Assembly: GCA_977862235.1 (NCBI GenBank)
Contig: OZ374563.1
Coordinates: forward strand, 434,001-498,000
Source: Dudresnaya verticillata
Lineage: Eukaryota
Direction of reading: 5' to 3'
Length of the DNA: 64,000 bases
The position numbers and the translations under genes are program-made. Positions 11,039 to 22,117 of this stretch are shown one piece after another (position 1 is the first letter of the stretch; each line of letters opens with the position of its first letter). The notes beneath the pieces are model-generated. The model made no database searches and was not told where the DNA came from. It was given only the letters and a program-made list of their open reading frames with translations.

Positions 11039-12121
11039 TTAGTTATTGACTCGCTGGCGAAGACTGTCGCGGGCCTTGTATGACTCCTCCCTGCTCCGCT
11101 CCACAATCTCCTCCTTCTTCAAACTCGCCTTGTCACAGAGCTCAAAAGAACCGGTGTCCTCATTGAAGCACCGGTTCTGCATCAGTCGGTCCTTGATGAT
11201 ATTGAACTGCTGCAACAATACTGAGTGCACGAGCTCATTTCCGCAAGTTTTGTGAGACGTGTCAATCCCCTTCAGTGTTGACAACATCTTTCCAGACGTA
11301 TCAGTAGTGCGCTGGTTGAAGTGCCCACTGAAGTCCGGGCGCAGACCCGTGACAGCTTCAACCATCGCAGCTGACTCCTCCGCTCGTTCCAAGTCAATGA
11401 CAACCTCATACCGCTCCGCTACACGCCTCATGGCATCTTCATGCAACCATTCAACAGGGCAGCGGGTGAGCCGCACATCCGCACCGTGGTACCCATACAG
11501 CGCATGCACAGGATACTTTTCAATGTGCGCCTTGTACTTTTCCACTTCTTGACGAATCTTCTCGTCATCCGTGATGGAGGCGATATCACGGTCGCGATTT
11601 TCTTGCAGGTAGGCAGACAAAATAATGTTCTCTGGGTTCCTAGTGTTGGTGATGAAGGTAACATTTCCGCCTCGCATCTGAGAGACCTGGGTGTACCTTG
11701 CGGGGGTGAGACGGGTGTGACAGCCATAAAAGTCGACGTTGCGACGGTTGACGATCGTTTTGAGGCCCATTTCATTCCACTCGATCATGTTGAAGCACTT
11801 TGCGGCCTTTTGGCCAACAGCCTCGAGAGCCTTCTTCATAGCAATACGCACGGTGGTACTTCCAGTCTTTGGTGGTCGGTTATAGAAGATGAGGCGGGGG
11901 TAGTAGGTGCCGCCGGAAAGAGTGATCTCAGGCTGGGCTAGGCTGTTCTGGCGGGTAGTCTCCTTGAGTTCGTCCAAGCGCGACAGCACAGTGTCGACGT
12001 TCGGGCCCTCCGGCTTTGGGCGCGTGACGACGAAGATGAGAGCAAACGCAGTCAAGGTCAGAGCGCCGGTCATCACAGCCATCATCCTGGTTTCCTTTCG
12101 GAGGGTGGGCGACTTCATCAT
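11039..12121 (-). CDS. Type II membrane PAPS-dependent carbohydrate sulfotransferase (HS2ST/Gal-sulfotransferase-like)
   Basis: N-terminal TM (MMAVMTGALTLTAFALIFVV), 5'-PSB motif YNRPPKTGSTT, FYGCH and 3'-PB motif RNPENIILSAY. Confidence 0.8.
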   Translation of the reverse strand: MMKSPTLRKETRMMAVMTGALTLTAFALIFVVTRPKPEGPNVDTVLSRLDELKETTRQNSLAQPEITLSGGTYYPRLIFYNRPPKTGSTTVRIAMKKALEAVGQKAAKCFNMIEWNEMGLKTIVNRRNVDFYGCHTRLTPARYTQVSQMRGGNVTFITNTRNPENIILSAYLQENRDRDIASITDDEKIRQEVEKYKAHIEKYPVHALYGYHGADVRLTRCPVEWLHEDAMRRVAERYEVVIDLERAEESAAMVEAVTGLRPDFSGHFNQRTTDTSGKMLSTLKGIDTSHKTCGNELVHSVLLQQFNIIKDRLMQNRCFNEDTGSFELCDKASLKKEEIVERSREESYKARDSLRQRVNN

Positions 12122-14147
12122 ATGGTTGGGAACGCTCTGCCTGACTTTCTGGGGCCGGGTATCAATCTTGTCTGGTTGTGACGAGGCCAACAAGAGATCT
12201 TAAGGGGGGTGCGTCGAGAGTAGGAAAAAAGCGGAAGCGAAGCACAACGACGCTACTTGACGATGCCGTGTAAAGTGAAGGGGAGGCGGGGCGGCGGGGC
12301 GGCGGGGAGATGGTGAAACCCAAGGTGCGTCGGTGAGCGTCCGAGCAGGACGCGGGACCGTTATTATGCGTATATGGTCTTAATGCGGCGTTCTGACGTG
12401 CTGACAGCCAATTATTCGCGGTTATTTGGGAGTATGACGGGGGAGGTGCACAGCAGCCGCTTTGGTGAACGCGCGCAACGAAGCATTTTGCCGCGCGCGT
12501 CGGCGCAGTGTCAGGACGCGCGGCGTGCCGGCACCGCTCTGTTGGTGTTGCTGAGCGGCGGAGGCCGGACCGCTCGCACAGCGGCGGCGGAAACGTAGAC
12601 ACAAAGAGAATGCTGGGCCTCTGCTCCAAGCTCGACTGTCTCGTGTTGAAATCAAATGTAGTGCAACATTCGATGCGTGGCCCTTGTCGGTGCGTCCGTC
12701 TTCCTGCTCTCAGCTGTAATGGTCGAACGTGTTACTGTACTGTTCCGCTCTCAACCAACGCTTCTGACCCCCGGCCTCGGATGAGCGCGCATGTTGCACA
12801 AGTGTCGCTGTAGCAGCAATATAAAACGTGCCCGACAAGTTGCGTGTAGAGACGCACAGCTAGTCAGGCACTAGTAACATTCCTCCTGAGAGCTCAAGAG
12901 GCCTGCTTCGTCTCTAGTCCACGCAATTAAAACAGGGAATATCGCGTTTGCTTGCGTCTGCAGCATGGAACTAGCTATCCGCATGGAGGGGCGTGCGCGG
13001 TTGATGAGATGAAGAGCTTTAGGAGAGAGCACAGCAGGTGTGTGTGGTTCAGGTAGGAATGGCGCCAATACTACTGTAGTACAGACTGGCGTCTCGAAAT
13101 TGACTATATCTTTGGCACTCAAGGTGTATGTTCTGTGAGCAGTTGCTTGCAAGTGGTGCTTTTCTTCGGCGCAAGGTGATGAGTTGATCGCGAAGGCGGC
13201 TGGTCAAGCTCAATTGGACACCAGGCAGCGACCGGGGCGAGGAGCATTTGCGTGTACTGTATAGGTCTGGCAAGACCGCACTACCGCGAAGAGATGTTTT
13301 GCATGGACGCTTACCGTGGGCAACTTTGCCTACGGTAATCGTGCCTGCAAAGGGAAAGTTTATCTAGTACAACCTTTGAAGGAATCGACAGGCACTCAAG
13401 GGACAGTTAATGAACTACAAATGATACTGGTATTGCTACCGCTCTTGAACGGAGCAAAACATGGTACTATTGCCTTGCGTCCTGCTGGGGTGGCCTCTGC
13501 CTCGTGTTTTAGATGTCGATATGATGCAGTGGAGCGTTCAAATTGCACCTATGGTAGTCAGTCTACGTACGGTAAGCAAGGACGAGAACCATGCGGTAGT
13601 ACTGTACCTGTAAAGCAGGAAGACGCGGTATGTACAGTAGAAGCTTTGCAAAGCAGAGACCGAGGCAGAGACGGACACCAAGCACAAGGAGCACCGCGCT
13701 CTGTGACGCTCGCAACCCGCTATTAGCAAAAAATTCCCGCAATACGCCGTGGTATGGCGCAGTTGCGGAACGATTTTTACAAGTACGCGTCAAGGCCTGC
13801 AAGGTGCGCCTGCCGGGCCTTCACAACCACACCCGCAATTTGAGGACAAAAACAGCATCGACTGGCGCCGCGTCCTGCGCCTTCCTGCGCTCATGTCAGT
13901 CATCATACCGACCTTTGTCTTGCCACAGCCGCGTCCGCACTCTGCTTGTCATCGAACAACACTGCCCGCAGTCACACCCACGCCACCGCAGAAGCGCGCC
14001 CGTCCCGACCAGACCCACCGACACAGGGGCCGTTTCTGGAAGCAAGCTTGGGGTCAAGTCTGTCTACCACCGCGCACGTATCTTCCGCGCTTCCGCGCTG
14101 CTGCTGACTGCGCTGCTGCCGCGACAGCGACGTACGCCGGCAACGCT

Positions 14148-15055
14148 ATGGAAGCGACCATCATCTGCGAGGAGGTGCCCGCCGGGACGACGGCGGTGCT
14201 GAACCCGGAGCTGTGCCAGAAGGTGGTGCACCTGGTGCGGCACGGCCAGGCCACGCACAACCGTACGCAAAGCAAATCCGATTGGCGAACGCGGCGCGCT
14301 TGCGGCCGCAGCGAAGCGATGCAACTAACCAAAAGCCAGCCCGAAAGCGCAGTTTTCGCCGCGACGCGACACAAGGAGGGGCAGCCGTGCAAGTGCGCGC
14401 TGGGCGAGTCGGGGTGTCCGTACACGAACGAGGCGCACACGGACGCCGCGCTGACGCAGCGCGGGCGCCAGCAGGCGACGTGGGCGGGCGCGGCGCTGCT
14501 GCGCACGCACCCGGCCGCGGAGGTCGGGCTGGTGTCGCCGCTGCGGCGCACGCTGCAGACGGCCACCATTGCCACGTCGCGCATGGGCGCGCGGCGCGTG
14601 GCGCTTGAGGCCGTGGAGGAGCTGCGCGAGCGCAACGGCGTGCACCTGTGTGATAAGCGGTCGGCGAAGGAGGATGTGGCCCGGGAGTTTCCCGACGTCG
14701 ACTTTGGACGCATCCGCCCCGGGCCGGACTGGCTTTTCAGTATGGTGCGCGAGACTCAGGAGGAGCTGGCGGAGAGGGGCAGACGGTTCTTTTTGGGGCT
14801 GAAGGATAGGGAGGAGCGGAGCTTTGTGGTCTTCTCGCATAGCTCGTTTCTGTATAATACCATGTCTAGAGCGTTTTCGACGCGCGATGCAAAGGGTACG
14901 TGATTGTTGTTTGAGGCCTTGCGACAGCGGCGCGGGATGTGCTTGCAGGGTGCTGACTGTGTTGGGTTTGTGTTTTGCGCGATGTCCCGAGTACTGCAGT
15001 GGCGCGACGATTAACAACTGGGGAGACGAGGGTTGTGATCTTGACATACAAGTGA
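14148..15055 (+). CDS. Phosphoglycerate mutase-like histidine phosphatase (exons 14148-14262, 14353-14895, 15000-15055; may extend to ATG 13893 as a transit peptide)
   Basis: LVRHGQATHN, DAALTQRGRQQA, VSPLRRTLQTA, ELRERNGVHLCDKR and VFSHSSFL. GT-AG introns 14263-14352 (CTAAC branch) and 14896-14999 (GCTGAC branch). Confidence 0.85.
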
Positions 15056-15609
15056 CATTTGGGCTTTGGGAGTGGGCGCGCTTGCGAAGGGAGCACCTTG
15101 GAAGGTAAAAGCAGACCACACCGTGTGTGTGTTGACACACGATACGGTTGACTTCCGACATCACCGGCGTCGCGCTCTGCAGCTCGCACGGCGCGTCGCG
15201 GGGAGATGGACACTTGTGCGCGCGTCACAGGCCGCGTCCAAGAGGCACGCCTGCGGCTCGCAACGGATGGCGGACAGGCGGCACCGAAATATCTGCGCAT
15301 CCAGCACTGGATCTCGGCCGCGGAGGGGCGCTCGGGCAAATATCCACCGCCGTCATTGGTTGCAGTCGCCCACATGCGCCGCCCGCGCGAAACCCTGCCA
15401 GATTCTGTGTCCCCGCCGCAAGGGCCTATCCCGCGTCTGCCTTCCGCGCGCGCTCGTTCGCCCACCCCGCCTCCACCCCACGCCGCCCCATCCGCGACTT
15501 AACCTCGCCTCGCCACCACTCCTTCTTTACCCAACCTGCCGCGCCACCAGAACCCGCCCGCTCCTCTCTCTCCCACCCGCCGCTCGCACCCACGCCCCTC
15601 CCGCCCCAG

Positions 15610-16902
15610 ATGGACGCCCCCGCCCCCGCCCTCGCCTTCGCCCCCGCCGCGGCCGCTGCGTCGCTGCGCCGCGCCCCGGCGCTGCCGGCCGCGGCGTCGT
15701 CGCTGGTGGCGCGCCGCACGCGCGCCCCGCCCGCGGGCACCCCGTCCATGGTTGTCGCCGCCCCGGAGACATCGACCAGCCGCAAACGCGCCGCGCCTGC
15801 GCAGCCGAGACCCCAGCGCAGCTGGTCCAGCTCGCGCTCGGACGTTGGCGACGGTGGCTTGCTGGCCTACCTCAAGGAGATCGGCACCGTCGACCTGCTG
15901 CAGGGCCACGAGGTCGTCGAGTGCGCTCGCCACATCCGCCTGCTGCTGCGCTGGGAGGCCGCCAAGCGCGACCTCGATGCACGCTTGGCCGAGGAGGCTG
16001 ACGGGCCCCCACCACCCGCAGCAGAGAAGCAGCGTCGGCTGCCAAGATATGCCCGCCCTCGAGTTGTCAGGACCAATACTGCCAGTGCTAGCATTGAGCA
16101 GTGGGCTAAAGAAGTCGATATGGATGCCAAGGAGTTTGCAAGGGAGCTAGCTGTTGCGAGGAGGTTTAAGGACAGGCTTGTGAGGGCCAATCTCAGGTTG
16201 GTCGTCAGTATTGCGAAGAAGTATGCGAACAATGGTGTTGCGCTTTCCGACCTTATTCAGGAGGGCTCTCTCGGCCTTATTCGTGGTGCCGAGAAGTTCG
16301 ATCACACCAAGGGATTCCGCTTTGCCACCTATGCATCCTGGTGGATCCGCCAAGCTATTCAGCGGTCCATCTCGGACTCGAGTCGCACTATTCGCCTACC
16401 CACTCATGTTAATGATATTGCCAAAAAGGCGGGCCGCATGCGCCGCGAGTTTGAAAGGGAAAACAACCGTCTCCCCACAAACGCCGAGCTAGCAGAGACA
16501 ATGGGTCTCAAGGAGGAACGTTTATCCTTTATTCTGGAAAAGGCCGCCGAGACGGATACCGTATCGCTTGATGTACCGTTGTTTGGCAATTCGTCGGACA
16601 GCAGCCGAAGCGTTTCACTAGGCGAGATGATTGAGAATACCGGTGAATCCCCTGAAGAGGCGGTTTCAGCGACTCTACTTCGCGATGACATTGAAAACGT
16701 ACTACTTATGCTTTCGCCCCGCGAGAGGGAGGTTCTGAGGATGCGGTATGGCTTTGACGACGGCCGCACCAAGAATTTTGACGAGATTGGCGCCATCTAC
16801 TGCTGTCCTCCCAACAGAATACGCCAGATTGAAGCGCGAGCTATTCGAAAGTTGAGACATCCAAACTTCCATCGGTGTCTCACAGACTGGCGCGGAGACT
16901 AA
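15610..16902 (+). CDS. Nuclear-encoded plastid RNA polymerase sigma-70 factor
   Basis: Region 1.2 YLKEIG, region 2 LVRANLRLVVSIAKKY...DLIQEGSLGLIRGAEKFD...FATYASWWIRQAI, region 4 LSPREREVLRMRYG...RIRQIEARAIRKLR. Ala-rich N-terminal transit peptide. Confidence 0.95.
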   Translation: MDAPAPALAFAPAAAAASLRRAPALPAAASSLVARRTRAPPAGTPSMVVAAPETSTSRKRAAPAQPRPQRSWSSSRSDVGDGGLLAYLKEIGTVDLLQGHEVVECARHIRLLLRWEAAKRDLDARLAEEADGPPPPAAEKQRRLPRYARPRVVRTNTASASIEQWAKEVDMDAKEFARELAVARRFKDRLVRANLRLVVSIAKKYANNGVALSDLIQEGSLGLIRGAEKFDHTKGFRFATYASWWIRQAIQRSISDSSRTIRLPTHVNDIAKKAGRMRREFERENNRLPTNAELAETMGLKEERLSFILEKAAETDTVSLDVPLFGNSSDSSRSVSLGEMIENTGESPEEAVSATLLRDDIENVLLMLSPREREVLRMRYGFDDGRTKNFDEIGAIYCCPPNRIRQIEARAIRKLRHPNFHRCLTDWRGD

Positions 16903-17637
16903 GGTGGAGCGTGAGGCGAGGAACAATTTAGTGCATACGGCATATAGCAAATCATGTTGAGCTGCTTTCTTTTTTGTATTTGATCTTGGGTTGACAACGT
17001 ATTTTTGAGCTGCACTCCGTAATATTAACAAGCGCCTAATAACGTCGCTTAGGAAGACGCTCGTTTTGCACTCCGGGTCCAGGACACGGAGCAGCAAGTA
17101 AATAACCCAGCAGCAAGCCTTTCGCTTCGGTTCACGATGCCCGCAATGGCCGAAAATTCTGTCAGCAAGAGCCTTGTAGAAGATTGAGACGAAAGTCGCA
17201 ATACTTCGCCTCCTTCATTGCGCCATACCACACAGCACGTGCCACCCACCAAGACCTGAGAAAGCCGATCCGACTCAGCACTTTCAGCAGACATATTTTC
17301 CAGCAAAGAAGCATGTATGTACCGGCAGATCGGCCATGGCGAATGTCGCCCTGGTGCCGGTACCAAGTTTTGTTCTAACCTCAGAGGTTCCACAGATAAC
17401 AAGTTCACACCAACGTCAACGAAAGCCCGGATTCCGGAAGTAATACAACATGCATCAGCAAGCACCTCGTCGCCGAGGACGACCGGGCAGCACTCGACAT
17501 CTGTTTGGTTGATCGTATAGATCAGAGGCTCAGTATCATCGAGCACTCTCGCTCATGCGCAAGAAATATATCGTCAGCATCGGAAGCGCACAACCCCAGT
17601 AGGTTGTGCGCAATAATTCTTGCTTTTCCCATCGCGG

Positions 17638-18981
17638 CTAGGTCTTATGACCATTGCTCGCCTCCTTCCTGAGCAGCCTGACAGCACCCTGAGCACCTTC
17701 TCTCGCCTGACTCCCTCCATTGGCGCCAACTGCTGACCCACCAGCTGAGGCAGCCTTCGCTTTGGCTCGCGCGCGAGCAGAACGCGAGCGACTAGAGCCG
17801 TTCCTCACCGTCCCACCCTTGTCATTCCCGGCAACCGAGCCAGACTCACTCGACACACCGCGTTGGTACGATACGTTACCCCTTGGATGAGCATTGACAC
17901 TTCCGTTCACTGGCTTCCCTTCATTTGCAACTCCACGGCGTCCATTCACAGGCGGCTTCGAGGAGGAGGCGCCTTTTTTCTGTCCAACAGTCCCAACTTC
18001 CTCTGCTTTCTTCCCCGGAGCACTGCCACCGGCATACTCCCCACCACTGCCTCGACGAGACTTCTTCCTCCGTGACGTCGCACCAGACGGTTTCACAGAC
18101 GCGGGCGCACTAGAGCTCGAACTAGTACGAGCCGAAGGGTCCGTAACGACAATCGTACGTCCGCCCTTCGCGCGTGGGGCGCGGGTACCGGGCTTCGTGG
18201 ATTTCTTTTTCTGGTCACGCTCCTTCCTTCTCGCGCGAACGTCTTCCATAAGCGAGGTACTGACACCTACGCGACCCTTCCCACTCTTCTCTGGCGCAGA
18301 CGAATCGGCAGCAGGTGGAAGTACGCCGGGCTGTGGGAGCAAAGAGGCGGCACCAGCGGCTGCATCTGCCTCCAACTTGGCAACAAACTCGAGAAAGTCC
18401 GGATCAGACTCAATAGACCCTGGAGTAACTGGGGGTGGCGGTGGAGCGCCTCGTCTGCGCGTTGCGCCCAGCGGTGGGACTGCCTGCCACATTGCACGCT
18501 CGACGCGTGCAATGTACTCAGCCGGTTGCGCCGCAGGGGTGGGCGATGGCTCCTCGACGCGAAAGCCGTTGAAAGCGTTGTAAAACTCCTCTGCGGCGGA
18601 CTGTGATGAGAACCCCAGGTACGCGACACTGTGGCGCACGACGGTGCGCGTGCGCTTGACCGCGCCAGACGCAGAAGCCGAGCCCGGAGAGAAAGCACGC
18701 CAGACGGCGGGCTTAGCGCCGTGTGCGTCTGCCGCGGAGAAAAAGTCGTTAGCGGAGATGGTAGGTGGCAGGCGGCGCACGACGAGCTTAACGGCGACAA
18801 GCGGGGGCGGGGGCGGGGGCGGCGCAGCGTTGCGGCGGCGGTTGCGGCTCTTCCGGGCGCGGGGCGGGGTGGGTGGCGGCGGCGGCGCTCCCGCGCCACC
18901 ACCGCCCCCTCGCCGACGCCCGCGCCCACCCGAGCCTCCGCCCCCCCCGCGGCTCCGCCGCGGCGGCGGCGCGCGATCCAT
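17638..18981 (-). CDS. UPF3: Nonsense-mediated decay factor UPF3 (Smg-4/UPF3 RRM)
   Basis: KLVVRRLPPTIS, SVAYLGF, YIARVERAMWQAVP, GSIESDPDFLEFVAKL and a basic low-complexity C-terminus. Confidence 0.85.
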   Translation of the reverse strand: MDRAPPPRRSRGGGGGSGGRGRRRGGGGGAGAPPPPPTPPRARKSRNRRRNAAPPPPPPPLVAVKLVVRRLPPTISANDFFSAADAHGAKPAVWRAFSPGSASASGAVKRTRTVVRHSVAYLGFSSQSAAEEFYNAFNGFRVEEPSPTPAAQPAEYIARVERAMWQAVPPLGATRRRGAPPPPPVTPGSIESDPDFLEFVAKLEADAAAGAASLLPQPGVLPPAADSSAPEKSGKGRVGVSTSLMEDVRARRKERDQKKKSTKPGTRAPRAKGGRTIVVTDPSARTSSSSSAPASVKPSGATSRRKKSRRGSGGEYAGGSAPGKKAEEVGTVGQKKGASSSKPPVNGRRGVANEGKPVNGSVNAHPRGNVSYQRGVSSESGSVAGNDKGGTVRNGSSRSRSARARAKAKAASAGGSAVGANGGSQAREGAQGAVRLLRKEASNGHKT

Positions 18982-19270
18982 GACGGGCGGACTGGCACTT
19001 TGGTTTCATCGCCCGCGCGCGAGGTGCTGCGCGCCTTTGAGTGAGTGCGTCTTTGCACAGGGAGACGACTTGCGTGTCGAAAGTCCACCCGCCCAGCGCG
19101 GTGCACCCGCCGCGAATTACGCAAACTTACAGTTATTTCCAATTTCTCGCGCCCCATCACATGCTTACAGTGGTCTTGGATTCGGTGGCTACGCCGACTG
19201 TGGTACGATCCCGCCGAGGCTCATCCTCGAGAGCGAGGATGCGCGCGCTGTGCAATCGCCGCGGTCAACC

Positions 19271-20185
19271 ATGGCTCCTTCCGTCCCACCCGTCGAGCCG
19301 GCAGTCCCGACCATAGCGGCGGCTGAAGATGGCGGTCCGAGCGATTCCGGCGTGCTGCACTTCATCGGGCTGGGGCTGGGGTCTGAGCAGGACATAACTC
19401 TGCGTGGTTTGTCGCTCGTGCGCAACGCGGGAACAGTTTACCTGGAGGCTTACACGTCCATCCTGGGCGTGTCACGCGCCGCGCTAGAAGAGCTCTATCG
19501 GCGCCCAGTGGAGGTCGCGGACCGTGAGTTCGTGGAGGAGAAGGCGGACCGGATCCTTGAGGCCGCCCGGACACAGCCCGGTGGCGCCGCATTCCTCGTC
19601 GTTGGCGACCCGTTCGGCGCCACGACTCATACAGACCTCTGGCTACGTGCCCGCGAGGCCGGCCTCCGTGTTAATGTCGTGCATAACGCTTCTATCGTTA
19701 ACGCTGTCGCGGAGACGGGTCTACAGCTCTACCGTTTTGGCCAGGCTATTAGCCTTTGTTTCTGGACCGAGACTGACCGTCCCACCAGCTATTATGAAAA
19801 ACTGGTGCAGAACAGGAAGATTGGCTTGCATACGCTCTGCCTTCTGGATATCAAGGTTAAGGAGCCCTCCTTAGAGAGCCTCGCTCGCGGGAAGAAGGTT
19901 TTCGAGCCCCCAAGGTACATGACTGTGAACCAGGCTGTAGACCAGCTCCTCGAAATCGATGCAATACTGGGCACGGGTGAGCTGGATGGCTCCTCAATGG
20001 GCTTGGCAGTTGTCCGCCTTGGGCTCCCGGATCAACATATTGTCTACGCGGATCTCGACTATTTACGGGACGCAGACTTTGGTGCCCCTTTGCACTCGCT
20101 TATTATTCCTGCGGTGGAACTCCACTTTCATGAAGAGGAAGTTCTGCGCTGCATGGCGCCTAGTGCTCACAACGACAAGACCTGA
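19271..20185 (+). CDS. DPH5: Diphthine methyl ester synthase
   Basis: FIGLGLGSEQDITLRGL, YLEAYTSIL, FLVVGDPFGATTHTDL, GLQLYRFGQ, GLHTLCLLDIKVKE and FGAPLHSLII. Confidence 0.96.
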   Translation: MAPSVPPVEPAVPTIAAAEDGGPSDSGVLHFIGLGLGSEQDITLRGLSLVRNAGTVYLEAYTSILGVSRAALEELYRRPVEVADREFVEEKADRILEAARTQPGGAAFLVVGDPFGATTHTDLWLRAREAGLRVNVVHNASIVNAVAETGLQLYRFGQAISLCFWTETDRPTSYYEKLVQNRKIGLHTLCLLDIKVKEPSLESLARGKKVFEPPRYMTVNQAVDQLLEIDAILGTGELDGSSMGLAVVRLGLPDQHIVYADLDYLRDADFGAPLHSLIIPAVELHFHEEEVLRCMAPSAHNDKT

Positions 20186-20683
20186 GAAGGCAGACCTTAC
20201 TATCCTCACGGCGCTTTCGTTGTCCTTCATGACTGTGCGTTTATTCCTCCCACTCTCGTGCCTCGTTCGTCCCGCGTGCAAGACTGGCTGTGAATGGAAA
20301 ACCCAATCTGCGGGCCCGATGCCATGCTTTAGTGTTTTGTGTGCCTTTGTCAGTGCTATTGGAATGCATCCTTCCTAGAGCACCCTTGGGTACTTGCATT
20401 GGTCATTTGTGACTCTCTGGGTACAGGACTTCTACTACTGGACCCATACGTAGCTGATTTGCGCCAGCTGCACGTGAGAGTAGCATCTATTTCTGACCAG
20501 CGATGTGGTTTGATGCCTAGCAGGGGAATGCTATCCTCTTCAACAAAGCACTGAACGGAAAAACTGTAAATGATGTCGCATGGAAGGTCTCCGTATTCAG
20601 ACTGGAGATAGCAGATTGCATCAGCAATCCAAAATGCTCGCGAAAAGATCGCAAACTTGCTGTCCGTGGCTTTCCAATGACTC

Positions 20684-22117
20684 TTAAGTCCTTTTCGGAA
20701 TGTTCAACGGGATCAAAGGCGAGTTTGGTCCTCTGCGGAACGTTCTTGGGCACTCGTCTTTGCATCTTTGAAGAGCACTTAGAGCCTCATACAAGGGAGA
20801 TAACATGGCCTGGTCTGCCTCGGAAAACTCGTTCCCCATGGCTTCTTTCTTGCGTCTCACTTCTGCACTTGTTGAAGTGAGATGCGTGTGGTACCTCTCA
20901 AATTTTGTCTTAAGATGCCGGTTCTCCACTCTTAACGACGCAACATTGGTTTCCAGCTCCAGTACCATTTGTTTGCGTCGCATCCGGCTCTTTTCCGCCG
21001 ATTCTCTATTTCGCTCTGCTCTTCGCCTCTTTCGCTCCTCAAGCGTAAGGTGGGCGGTAGAACTCGTCTTCGTAGTGGTTTAAGAAGTACATTAATTCGA
21101 AGCCAAGAACATTGTGGGGTTAGCGTCATGTTGGGTTTGCAACAATTGCGAGGAAAATTGGAGAGATGTGCTAGGCTGCAGACGCTCGACACAACTTACT
21201 CGACGCCGACCGATACCGTTTTTGATACCCTTGGCAATGGAAAGCCTTTCTGGAGCATTGCCAGCTTGTTTGCTGATTTCTAATCCATTGGCCTTTGGCA
21301 AATCGTTTTTCTTCCTTTCCGCCTTTTTGCGAGGAGCCTTCATTGGTCTAGTTGACGGTCCCAGCGAAGTGTTTTGCCTCTTCAACGAATGCCTTGGTCT
21401 CGACAGATGCATCGGAGGCATGCCGTGAGATTCAAAAACTCTGGACGCTGGAGGGAGTCTAGAACTAGGAACTACTGACATTGGTAGCAGTTGAGATTCC
21501 GTCGTTTGCATCGCGCGTCGCTCCCCATGTATATTTGCGCCAATCATAGGTGCCATTGCATGGTTCTCGTCGCCATTATCCTCGGGCACATGTGCTTCCA
21601 AAGGGGTTGAACTTTGCCACATACTCTTTGTCATGAATGACGCATCAGAAAAGGGTGGAAGGACCTCAAGCATATCTTGGACAGGGTCTAATGACAAATA
21701 GAATGGCTGCATGGCTTCGTTCATCGCAACAGCGGCATCTTCTATAGCTGTGTTTTGAACACTTCGCGGAAAGCTATCATCCTCAATGTCGAGTGTGGGC
21801 GCGACTTCTCGAGTATCCAACAGAAATGGTACCGGGCCGTCTTTTTCAGCTTGTGTACCTTTCCCTATGCTGATGTCTCGCGGAGAAAAGTGGCTATCGA
21901 CTCCAGATTGCAAGAAATGAACTTCGGGATGTAGCATCGGGGTGCTGTTGAGATGATTTGATAACATGTGCTGTGTTTGCATATCACCCGCGGCATTCCC
22001 TGTTCCTGCTCTGTTGAAACCCGCTTCGACGAGCAGATCTATGTCTACGTCTGGTAGTGCAGAGGTGAATTCAGGCCCGTTTGTGTCAATTGCGACATTC
22101 CTTTCATACGCGTCCAT
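20684..22117 (-). CDS. bZIP transcription factor (exons 22117-21200, 21067-20684)
   Basis: Basic region EERKRRRAERNRESAEKSRMRRKQ plus zipper LELETNVASLRVENRHLK. It joins the upstream ORF through a GTAAGT...GCTAAC...AAG intron (21199-21068) that removes two in-frame stops. Confidence 0.82.

Noticed and set aside
15610..16902. Bacterial-type genes (sigma-70, and also atpC, ispD, proA) as contamination or recent HGT
   Set aside because: Sigma-70, AtpC and IspD have transit-peptide-like extensions and lie among intron-containing eukaryotic genes, as expected for endosymbiotic transfer. ProA-type genes are ordinary in eukaryotes.
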